Virus record (IMG/VR): IMGVR_UViG_3300027798_000134
Location: 1 to 33,183 of that record
Length of the DNA stretch: 33,183 nt
Direction: 5' to 3' (one strand)
From: a virus
Lineage: Duplodnaviria > Caudoviricetes
This document shows positions 26,627-33,183 of this stretch, in pieces. Under the pieces are notes generated by a model. It was not told where the DNA came from, did not search any database, and worked only from the letters and a program-made list of their open reading frames with translations. The translations under genes and the position numbers were made by a program. The number at the start of each line of letters is the position of its first letter. The stretch's first letter is position 1.

Positions 26627-26926
26627 ATGAGCGAAGAAATTAAAAAATTATTGCAAGGAATTCTGAAGCAATACATTGTCCATAACAACATAAAATTGGA
26701 GGACGCATGCATACTAAATGTCCGCTACAAAGAAAAAGGTTTTGAATATTTACAAGCCATTCAGAACGTAGTTAAAAAAGATGTCGAAAGTGCATCCCTA
26801 GGACTAAACACAAAACGGATGACACAATTACAGCAGAGAGCATTTAATACATCCTTGACGCATGGTTTAACGAAGTTAGCGGAGTATATGGTGACGGGAA
26901 GAGAGACAATAAACGAAATTAAATAA
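26627..26926 (+). CDS. Hypothetical protein
   Basis: 99 aa after a 21-bp repeat. Confidence 0.7.
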   Translation: MSEEIKKLLQGILKQYIVHNNIKLEDACILNVRYKEKGFEYLQAIQNVVKKDVESASLGLNTKRMTQLQQRAFNTSLTHGLTKLAEYMVTGRETINEIK

Positions 26927-26945
26927 ACACTAAAAAATAAACACT

Positions 26946-27113
26946 ATGAAAACATACACATTTAATCTAGAAAGTAAATTAGGAACTATAGACTCAATTA
27001 CTTTGTCGGGACCAAATAGAAGGTCAGCAAAACAATTTGCTAAATTTCTTCTCTACAAAAGGTTTAAACATAACTTTCCATCGGGAAATATTAAGACAAC
27101 GTACATTGTTTAA
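26946..27113 (+). CDS. 55-aa hypothetical protein (not in the ORF track)
   Basis: MKTYTFNLESKLG...TTYIV with an AAACACTATG leader. Confidence 0.6.
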   Translation: MKTYTFNLESKLGTIDSITLSGPNRRSAKQFAKFLLYKRFKHNFPSGNIKTTYIV

Positions 27114-27173
27114 AAAAGCCAAGGTAAACGAACATTAACTGAGAACGACTAACTAACTTAAAAAAATACTACC

Positions 27174-27425
27174 ATGAAAACAGAAATTAATTTTAACAAC
27201 AAAAATTGCGGATTTACTTTTGACCTAGAGGCAAAGGAAATTAACGGTTGGGACTTTACAGACAAGTATAACGATGTGAAGTGTTACAATAAGACAAGCA
27301 GATCGATCAAAAAAGCCTTAGCTAATTTGCAAAAGGAATTTAACGATGACCTATCAATGTATCAAGTGATGGACATTATCAGAAATTCGGGAGTAAAAAT
27401 GCGTTCCTACTGCGGGATGGATTAA
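27174..27425 (+). CDS. Hypothetical protein
   Basis: 83 aa after a 21-bp repeat. Confidence 0.7.
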   Translation: MKTEINFNNKNCGFTFDLEAKEINGWDFTDKYNDVKCYNKTSRSIKKALANLQKEFNDDLSMYQVMDIIRNSGVKMRSYCGMD

Positions 27426-27481
27426 ACAGCCAAGGTAAACGAACACTAACTGAGAACGACTAACTAAAACTAAAAAAAACT

Positions 27482-27646
27482 ATGAAAACTTTCAAGACAA
27501 TAGAACAAGCAGTTTCTTACATCAAAAATCTAAAGGGAAAAACTGTGGGAGACATCCTCTCCATAAAGTCAGAACTAATTAAAAAGAAGCTAACTAAGGT
27601 AAAGGGAACGTATATTTTTATAGATGAGTTTGACCTCCTCGCATAA
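27482..27646 (+). CDS. 54-aa hypothetical protein (not in the ORF track)
   Basis: MKTFKTIEQAVSYIKNL...DLLA after a 21-bp repeat. Confidence 0.6.
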   Translation: MKTFKTIEQAVSYIKNLKGKTVGDILSIKSELIKKKLTKVKGTYIFIDEFDLLA

Positions 27647-27672
27647 AAAAAATAAAAATAAAACAAAAAAAA

Positions 27673-27702
27673 CGTAACCTTTTTGAAAAGTATACGTACA
27701 AG
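27673..27702 (+). promoter_or_regulatory. ECF-type promoter CGTAACC-N15-CGTACAAG
   Basis: Variant copy followed 5 nt later by the 21-bp repeat. Confidence 0.65.
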
Positions 27703-27741
27703 GACTATAACTGAGAACGACTAACTAAAAAAACTAAAATT

Positions 27742-28110
27742 ATGAACACAAAACAATCAATCACAAAGCTAGCAATTGAGAAAATTGCAAAAGAGAATCC
27801 AGCAGGATTTACCATCAACAAGAAGACCTTACAACCTATTTTGAAAGGATATGCTGTAGCTATTTTAGAGACGCAAGATAGTTTTGGGAGCGAGGGTTTA
27901 GATAAGGTAATGGAGTTTGCAAAGCCATCATTTGTGGATGCATACGGAGGGTGGCTGAACGAAAAAAACGGGGAGTATTACTACGATGCGGTGATGGTTC
28001 TTGATGACTTAAGGACTGCATTATTTTTAGGGTTCCGTAACAAACAAATAGCTATATTTGACCTTGAAAAAGGGAAGGAAATAAAATTGCTGAAGGAAGA
28101 TATTGTTTAA
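27742..28110 (+). CDS. Hypothetical phage protein
   Basis: 122 aa. GFT, GYAVA, GGWL..YYYD and QIAIFDL motifs. Confidence 0.75.
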   Translation: MNTKQSITKLAIEKIAKENPAGFTINKKTLQPILKGYAVAILETQDSFGSEGLDKVMEFAKPSFVDAYGGWLNEKNGEYYYDAVMVLDDLRTALFLGFRNKQIAIFDLEKGKEIKLLKEDIV

Positions 28111-28182
28111 AAAATTAGGGGCGGAGTTTAGTAGTGTTTTCTCCGTCCCCCCGAAAGGGCAAACAAAAATACACACAAATAT

Positions 28183-28416
28183 ATGGAACCAAAGATCGAA
28201 TACATTACAATAGACTTTATGCTGTTTAACAAGGTTTTCTCGGGAGAGAACATCTACCAAGATCAAGAGGTAGCAATACGAGAGGCAAAGTTACTGAAGG
28301 CGGAGTTTGAGGTGGCGGGACTATACCCTTCCATAAGCATAGTCTTCAGCTACGAGGATGGGGAAATAACAGCATGGGACTTGGATTTATTAACATACAT
28401 GAGGAACACTAACTAA
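28183..28416 (+). CDS. Small acidic hypothetical protein
   Basis: 77 aa with an A-rich leader. Confidence 0.65.
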   Translation: MEPKIEYITIDFMLFNKVFSGENIYQDQEVAIREAKLLKAEFEVAGLYPSISIVFSYEDGEITAWDLDLLTYMRNTN

Positions 28417-28434
28417 CACTAAAAAATAAACACT

Positions 28435-28659
28435 ATGAAAAACGCAAAAGAACGCTTTGAAGAGATTAAAAAATTAATTGACTGTGATATGATTCCCGAG
28501 GGATGCGAAATGCGTCTATGGATTAATAACTGCACAAGAAAAGAACTTCTTACCCTTGGTGCTGAACTAGAAATTCTTTGCGAGGAAAGAAGCGATAGCA
28601 ATCCAAAGATTCATCTCTATATTGAATACAAAGGTCACGACATTTATATGTGGGAATAA
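28435..28659 (+). CDS. Small hypothetical protein
   Basis: 74 aa with an AAACACTATG leader. Confidence 0.7.
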   Translation: MKNAKERFEEIKKLIDCDMIPEGCEMRLWINNCTRKELLTLGAELEILCEERSDSNPKIHLYIEYKGHDIYMWE

Positions 28660-28788
28660 AGATGCCTAGAAAAGTTTTAAAGGTTGATTGGGGAAAACTG
28701 CTCATGCGGAAGAGGAGGTTAAAAGCCGAAGTAATGCCAATCATAAAATCAGATGTCCACACACCCATCTTCTGCTTTCCTATTTTAT

Positions 28789-28877
28789 GACCAAATGGCG
28801 GAATGGTAGACGCATAATACTAAATGAGAGTGAGCTGATCCGATCTCTTATTGCAGGTTCGATTCCTGCTTTGGTCA
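28789..28877 (+). ncRNA. tRNA-like RNA lacking a pairable anticodon arm
   Basis: Acceptor GACCAAA/TTTGGTC plus A. Leu-type D arm TGGCGGAATGGTAGACGC. T arm GCAGG-TTCGATT-CCTGC. The middle segment has no anticodon stem but forms AATGAGAG/CTCTTATT. Confidence 0.8.
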
Positions 28878-28913
28878 CCGAACATTAACTGAGAACGACT
28901 AACTAAAGAAACT

Positions 28914-29066
28914 ATGAAGCTATTTAATTTAGAACTCGCAAGGGGAAAATTCTCCAAGGAGGTTGTTGCAAGGTGCGTCCCATACGCAATTGCAGTAAGT
29001 AAGAAGAAGCAACTAATTTCCAACGGAACTATTCCGAGGAACATTTGGATCGTTGCTGTAAAATAA
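28914..29066 (+). CDS. 50-aa hypothetical protein (not in the ORF track)
   Basis: MKLFNLELARGKF...VAVK after a 21-bp repeat. Confidence 0.55.
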   Translation: MKLFNLELARGKFSKEVVARCVPYAIAVSKKKQLISNGTIPRNIWIVAVK

Positions 29067-29068
29067 AG

Positions 29069-29099
29069 TTTGTATTTTAAAACAATTTAATTATATTTG
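29069..29099 (+). promoter_or_regulatory. Bacteroidota promoter TTTG-N19-TATATTTG
   Basis: Exact consensus at the head of the replication-side operon. Confidence 0.8.
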
Positions 29100-29121
29100 C
29101 AACCTAAACTAAAAAAAACCT

Positions 29122-29328
29122 ATGCTACAACACGAACAAGATGATCTAAGCAGATCAAAGGAAATGGTACTACTACAGAGGGTACTAACTGTGATAAAGG
29201 ATAACTTTTCCGATGCACACAACCAGATGAAGGGACGAACACAGTCAGACCAAACAATTATCGGAGGCACACTGACATCCCTTGAGATTGAGATCAAAAA
29301 AGAGATTAAACAATTAACAACTTACTAA
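29122..29328 (+). CDS. Small hypothetical protein
   Basis: 68 aa, first gene after the promoter. Confidence 0.65.
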   Translation: MLQHEQDDLSRSKEMVLLQRVLTVIKDNFSDAHNQMKGRTQSDQTIIGGTLTSLEIEIKKEIKQLTTY

Positions 29329-29347
29329 CCAAAAAAACCCTAAAACT

Positions 29348-29854
29348 ATGACAATCAGATTAAACACACTAAACAAGCACGTTGAGTACCTTAATGGAAT
29401 CAACGCACTGGCAATGGCTGACAGAATATATTATTCTGACATCACTAAGGCACGCTCAACATATGCGGTGGCTGGCTCCCTATTCACAACAGCAACAAAG
29501 TTAAACTACTTCACAAAGATTGACCGAGGAGTTTACAAGTCAAATGTTTCTCGATTTGAACCTAAGCATGCACGTGTTCTGATCGAGGCTGATGGCGAAT
29601 ACAAGAAGCTGTCTAGGGTATCCCCAACACGCAAGAAGAGATCAAGCAAGAAGAAGTACACTGGAGATGTGCTTAACGCTAAGGACTCTAAGGCAACATT
29701 TGAGTATATTTGGAAGAATCACCCCGAGGTGGAACGTAAGGCTCAGGACGTGTTTATCGGTGACGTTATCTCTCCATCTACAAAGGTGAAGCAGACAAGA
29801 AAGCGTAGAAAAGTTTTTAGTTTATTCTGGGGACTAGTTAAATTTAACTACTAA
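29348..29854 (+). CDS. Basic hypothetical protein
   Basis: 168 aa, K/R-rich, with a C-terminal FSLFWGLVKF motif. Confidence 0.7.
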   Translation: MTIRLNTLNKHVEYLNGINALAMADRIYYSDITKARSTYAVAGSLFTTATKLNYFTKIDRGVYKSNVSRFEPKHARVLIEADGEYKKLSRVSPTRKKRSSKKKYTGDVLNAKDSKATFEYIWKNHPEVERKAQDVFIGDVISPSTKVKQTRKRRKVFSLFWGLVKFNY

Positions 29855-30183
29855 TGAAGGAGACCGAATTTAACCCGCTTGAATCCACTGAGATAGTCGA
29901 TCAGGTAAAGCAAGAGAAACAGAATGTGCTTGTTAATAGACTACACCCTCAGCAGGGGCATAAATGCTTCCAATACAATGTGCTAACAGACGAACTCAGC
30001 TACGCTAAGTTTACAGAGTCAAGCATCGACTTTGAGTCAGCAATTAATGGAAACGTAACCCCAAGGAGACGTGTTGACATCCAAGACAACTGCATGTACG
30101 TTACAGCGTTAAACTTTAAGAACGCAGTCAAGCACTTGTCCCGAATAATAGAAAAGAAAATTGAACCAGTGATCGTCCATTAG
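29854..30183 (+). CDS. Hypothetical protein
   Basis: 109 aa, TAATG-coupled to the previous ORF. Confidence 0.7.
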   Translation: MKETEFNPLESTEIVDQVKQEKQNVLVNRLHPQQGHKCFQYNVLTDELSYAKFTESSIDFESAINGNVTPRRRVDIQDNCMYVTALNFKNAVKHLSRIIEKKIEPVIVH

Positions 30184-30207
30184 GGCGGTCACTTAATCTA
30201 CTTAACT

Positions 30208-30339
30208 ATGAAAAAGATTTTAATTGAAAGCACTGTGTGCCCTGTTAACCCTGCAAAAAATCAGAACGAATGGTTTAGATACATTGCAAAGGAGATGAGA
30301 AAAATTAAAAACATTAAGACAATAAAGCACACCGCATGA
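30208..30339 (+). CDS. 43-aa hypothetical protein (not in the ORF track)
   Basis: MKKILIESTVCPVNPAKNQNEWFRYI..., with an ATGA overlap into the next gene. Confidence 0.6.
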   Translation: MKKILIESTVCPVNPAKNQNEWFRYIAKEMRKIKNIKTIKHTA

Positions 30340-30599
30340 ACACACTTAAAGCCAGATTAATAATTGTATTTATAACAGCTGTGCTTTTGGATGCTAATAG
30401 TATAGCGAGTTTTAGGTTCTTGATGGACAAGAATTGGATCGGGATGTTCATGATGGTATTCATTAATCCCTTTCTGTGCCTGCCGATGAACCACTATAAC
30501 ATTGAGGCGAAGTCGCTCAGGGATCGGATATACATAGCGATGGCATTTGCATCGGGATTTGGATTCGGAGTGATAACGATTAGACCATTCTTTATATGA
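30336..30599 (+). CDS. Small membrane protein (about 3 TM helices)
   Basis: 87 aa with three hydrophobic segments. Confidence 0.7.
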   Translation: MNTLKARLIIVFITAVLLDANSIASFRFLMDKNWIGMFMMVFINPFLCLPMNHYNIEAKSLRDRIYIAMAFASGFGFGVITIRPFFI

Positions 30600-30802
30600 C
30601 CATTATACACGAGGTACAGCAGGTATTGTGGGTGACTACCCCGCATGGTGATGGACAGGTTCTGTTCCTTATGGACTACGGTATACACGAGAATACTATA
30701 TGGGTGGTGGCTTTGGAAGACACAAGCGAAGTCAAGCATTACAATAGCACACAGATAAAATTATGTTGGAACAATACATTAAACTTTAACCTAAAAAAAT
30801 AA
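30596..30802 (+). CDS. Small hypothetical protein
   Basis: 68 aa. WVTTPHGDGQVLFLMDYG motif. ATGA overlap with the previous gene. Confidence 0.7.
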   Translation: MTIIHEVQQVLWVTTPHGDGQVLFLMDYGIHENTIWVVALEDTSEVKHYNSTQIKLCWNNTLNFNLKK

Positions 30803-30803
30803 C

Positions 30804-31121
30804 ATGACAAAAATAACTGTAATAGGAGCAGATCCTAAGAAGAAAGTGTTAAAGCCAATACACTTTGTGAAATACTTAAACGTATTGTGTGACTATGAGG
30901 ATGTATACGATGTGAAAGATAATCCATGGGAAATGGAGATCATCGATGTTCACTTGGGAGCAACAACAAGGGAGATGGACACATTTGTTTGTGTCAGAAG
31001 GGATGGCACACGCTGTGTTATATTTGGACTCTTTAACGATGGTGTGGTTGGTGAGGAAGATAACCCTACAGTGATGGTCTCCCCCGACAGATACCCTCAG
31101 AAATCAACGTCCTTAGCATGA
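30804..31121 (+). CDS. Hypothetical protein
   Basis: 105 aa within the operon. Confidence 0.65.
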   Translation: MTKITVIGADPKKKVLKPIHFVKYLNVLCDYEDVYDVKDNPWEMEIIDVHLGATTREMDTFVCVRRDGTRCVIFGLFNDGVVGEEDNPTVMVSPDRYPQKSTSLA

Positions 31122-31216
31122 TAGCGTTCATCGTGTTGGTGAGTGTGGCAATAATTGTCGCATCACTTGTGTACTGGAGCTGTTACTACTTTAACAAAAA
31201 TAATCCCTTTAAGTAA
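31118..31216 (+). CDS. 32-aa membrane peptide (not in the ORF track)
   Basis: MIAFIVLVSVAIIVASLVYWSCYYFNKNNPFK, coupled on both sides (ATGA, TAATG). Confidence 0.6.
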   Translation: MIAFIVLVSVAIIVASLVYWSCYYFNKNNPFK

Positions 31217-31530
31217 TGATAAAATGTGTTTGTATTGACAGCGACAATAAGCCTAAGGAAATTCCTATGGGTAAGTGGATACAGAGGGGTTTCTTCTACC
31301 ACATAGATCACGTTTGGTATCATCCTGGGCAAGGCATTCAGGGTGTGTCACTGAAAGAGATCAGGTTAGGCAAGGAGTCTGCTCCATATGAATCGTTTAA
31401 GATGAGCCGATTTGCCATCCAAGAGAAGGATGTCGATCTGTTTATGGAACTAATGAAGTCCTGCTCGGAGCTTGATGACATTGACATCGAGGAGATAATG
31501 AAGCAGGGAGAAGTAAATGTTTTACAATAG
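31216..31530 (+). CDS. Hypothetical protein
   Basis: 104 aa. MIKCVCIDS...GVSLKEI...F..SRF pattern. Confidence 0.7.
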   Translation: MIKCVCIDSDNKPKEIPMGKWIQRGFFYHIDHVWYHPGQGIQGVSLKEIRLGKESAPYESFKMSRFAIQEKDVDLFMELMKSCSELDDIDIEEIMKQGEVNVLQ

Positions 31531-31542
31531 AATAATAAACAC

Positions 31543-31968
31543 ATGAAGGCAAAGCACGAGTTTAAGACAGAGAGTGACTACATGAACTACCTAACCATAT
31601 ACTTTTCCTCTAAGCTAATAAACAACAACAGCCCAGAGGAGGCGGTGTCAAAGGCTTTGGAGCTGGTTGCCGAGTTAAATTTTGCTATAAAGATGCACAG
31701 AGAGAAATCAGAGAGGAAGGAGGTTAAGCCGATCCTTGAGAGAAAGAAAGACTTTGCGGTGTCCATTCAGCCCTACCTTGACAAGTACGGGAAGAAGATG
31801 CTTAACGAGTTCTACGCATATTGGACAGAGGAGACGCAGGGTAAGGACAAGCTTCGTGTTGAACTTCAGAAGACATGGAACGTAGAGAGAAGGTTAAGCA
31901 CATGGAACGAAAACAATTCATCATTCACAAAGACAGCAACCACTAATAATCTACAGGGAACAATATGA
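31543..31968 (+). CDS. Putative replication initiator or helicase-associated protein
   Basis: C-terminal EFYAYWTE...ELQKTWNVERRLSTW domain. ATGA-coupled to the helicase. Confidence 0.55.
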   Translation: MKAKHEFKTESDYMNYLTIYFSSKLINNNSPEEAVSKALELVAELNFAIKMHREKSERKEVKPILERKKDFAVSIQPYLDKYGKKMLNEFYAYWTEETQGKDKLRVELQKTWNVERRLSTWNENNSSFTKTATTNNLQGTI

Positions 31969-32969
31969 GCAATCAATCGTATTTTAAAGTTACAGACGTT
32001 ATCCAAGAACTCGATGATCTTCGTGAGTCGGGTTTGGTTAAGGGTGATCTGTGCGGACTTCCTGCACTTGATGACATCTTTACGCTCAAGAAGGGATACC
32101 CACTATTCGTTGCTGGGGCTCCTTACAGCGGTAAGACAGAGTTTGTGTTGGAGCTACTTGTCAATACCTCCATCATGTACGGGTGGAAGCACTTCATCTA
32201 TGTTGGTGAGGGTGGTGACGTTCAGAACATATTTGCCGAGTTGATACACAAGTATTTGCAGAAGCCAGTGGCTATGACAAACCCCTACCACGCAGACTCC
32301 ACAGAGTATATGCACGCTCAGGTGTGGTGCTACAAGCACTTTGTTGTTGCTAACCATGAGAAGGAGTTCACTGTCGGAGAGTTTTATGCGTGTGTGATGC
32401 AGGCGGAGATGGAGTATAAGATGAAGTTCGACACCACACTATTTGATCCGTTTAATGACATCAAGGATGAGTCCGATTTATACGGAGGCAGAGAGGATAA
32501 ATACTTAGCAGCAGCCTTAAAAACTGTAAGGATAGACGCAAAGAGGAACAACAGAATAAATATATTGATTAACCACATTGCAGATGTAAGGGCGGTTGTT
32601 GATAAGGACACTGGCAATAGGTATATGCCTCCCGCACTACCGAATGAATGGGCAGGCGGAAGGACATGGTGGAGGAGAGCCTTCACAATGCTTCTGATCT
32701 ACAGACCACCTTTGTGGATGAACGATGCAAGCGGACAACCATTTGCAGATAATGAGAGCCACATATATGTGCAGAAGTCAAAGCCAAAGGGTATAGGCAA
32801 GACGGGGATGGCATCAATATTCTGGGACTGGAAGAAGAACAGATACTGGTGCTTTGACAAGGGAGGGCAGAAGGTCTACAGCTGTGAGACAAGAGAGACA
32901 CTCAAGCAGGACATGAGCACACTGAGGGATGCAAGTAAAGAATTTTTAGACACAATAGATCCATTTTAA
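31965..32969 (+). CDS. DnaB-like (SF4) replicative helicase, ATPase domain only
   Basis: 334 aa. Walker A GAPYSGKT, catalytic Glu (YVGE), Walker B TLFDPFN, INH motif, VQKSK arginine-finger region. Confidence 0.85.
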   Translation: MSNQSYFKVTDVIQELDDLRESGLVKGDLCGLPALDDIFTLKKGYPLFVAGAPYSGKTEFVLELLVNTSIMYGWKHFIYVGEGGDVQNIFAELIHKYLQKPVAMTNPYHADSTEYMHAQVWCYKHFVVANHEKEFTVGEFYACVMQAEMEYKMKFDTTLFDPFNDIKDESDLYGGREDKYLAAALKTVRIDAKRNNRINILINHIADVRAVVDKDTGNRYMPPALPNEWAGGRTWWRRAFTMLLIYRPPLWMNDASGQPFADNESHIYVQKSKPKGIGKTGMASIFWDWKKNRYWCFDKGGQKVYSCETRETLKQDMSTLRDASKEFLDTIDPF

Positions 32970-32994
32970 ACTAAAACCAATAAATAAAACCACT

Positions 32995-33183
32995 ATGAAA
33001 GATTTAACACTAAAGACAGCAGAGGCAACATTCCTTGCCCTACAGAAATCCTCTCAAGAATTAGCTGAGAGATGCGACCACCTAACGATTGTCGATGACA
33101 TCTCGCTTCAGATCGCAACACAAAACTATTCAATGCTTAAGGACAGCATCAAGCAGATCGAGGAGATCAGAGTTAAGGAGAAG
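32995..33183 (+). CDS. Coiled-coil protein (partial, runs off the right edge)
   Basis: MKDLTLKTAEATFLALQKSSQELAERC..., open to the window edge. Confidence 0.6.
   Translation, partial: MKDLTLKTAEATFLALQKSSQELAERCDHLTIVDDISLQIATQNYSMLKDSIKQIEEIRVKEK

Larger units (their letters stand above)
26422..28906 (+). repeat. Dispersed 21-bp repeat TAACTGAGAACGACTAACTAA in gene leaders
   Basis: Perfect copies start at 26586, 27136, 27447, 27708 and 28886. A partial copy (AGAACGACTAACTAA) starts at 26422. Each ends 7-20 nt before an ATG. Confidence 0.9.

Noticed and set aside
28150-28165. c-di-GMP-I riboswitch (GGGCAAAC, GAAA loop)
   Set aside because: The element order is wrong and the rest of the aptamer is missing.
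28789-28877. Functional decoding tRNA, tmRNA or YrlA Y RNA
   Set aside because: No anticodon stem can be formed. There is no internal tag ORF as in tmRNA. The arm order is canonical rather than permuted as in YrlA.
26422-28906. 21-bp repeats as a CRISPR array
   Set aside because: Spacing is irregular (about 160-1180 bp), the intervals are protein-coding, and no cas operon is present. The PD-(D/E)XK nuclease looks like an ordinary phage exonuclease.

Overview
This is a segment of a large tailed dsDNA phage genome that most likely infects a Bacteroidota (Flavobacteriia-like) host. The host call rests on TTTG-N19-21-TAnnTTTG promoters and A-rich leaders without Shine-Dalgarno sequences; the portal/scaffold/capsid sizes resemble crAss-like or Flavobacterium phages. 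1-15564 (minus strand) is the morphogenesis block: portal, scaffold, major capsid protein, large terminase, a phage GroEL/GroES pair, a protein made of three tandem GroES domains, and a CHAP-like hydrolase. 15677-20011 (plus) carries a PD-(D/E)XK nuclease, an HNH-like nuclease, a serine resolvase, a GH73 glucosaminidase, small ORFs and hairpin clusters. 20277-21788 (minus) has an HEXXH protein and a metallophosphoesterase, followed by a G-rich, possibly terminal/packaging region and an XRE-like regulator. 23703-29066 is an array of about 20 tiny ORFs whose junctions carry repeated cis-elements: ECF-sigma-type promoters (TGTAACC-N15-CGTAyAAC), two intact type I hammerhead ribozymes, a 21-bp repeat (5 perfect copies plus 1 partial) and a tRNA-like RNA lacking an anticodon arm. 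The window ends with replication genes (initiator-like protein, DnaB-like helicase). Protein calls come from motif recognition by eye; no database searches were run.
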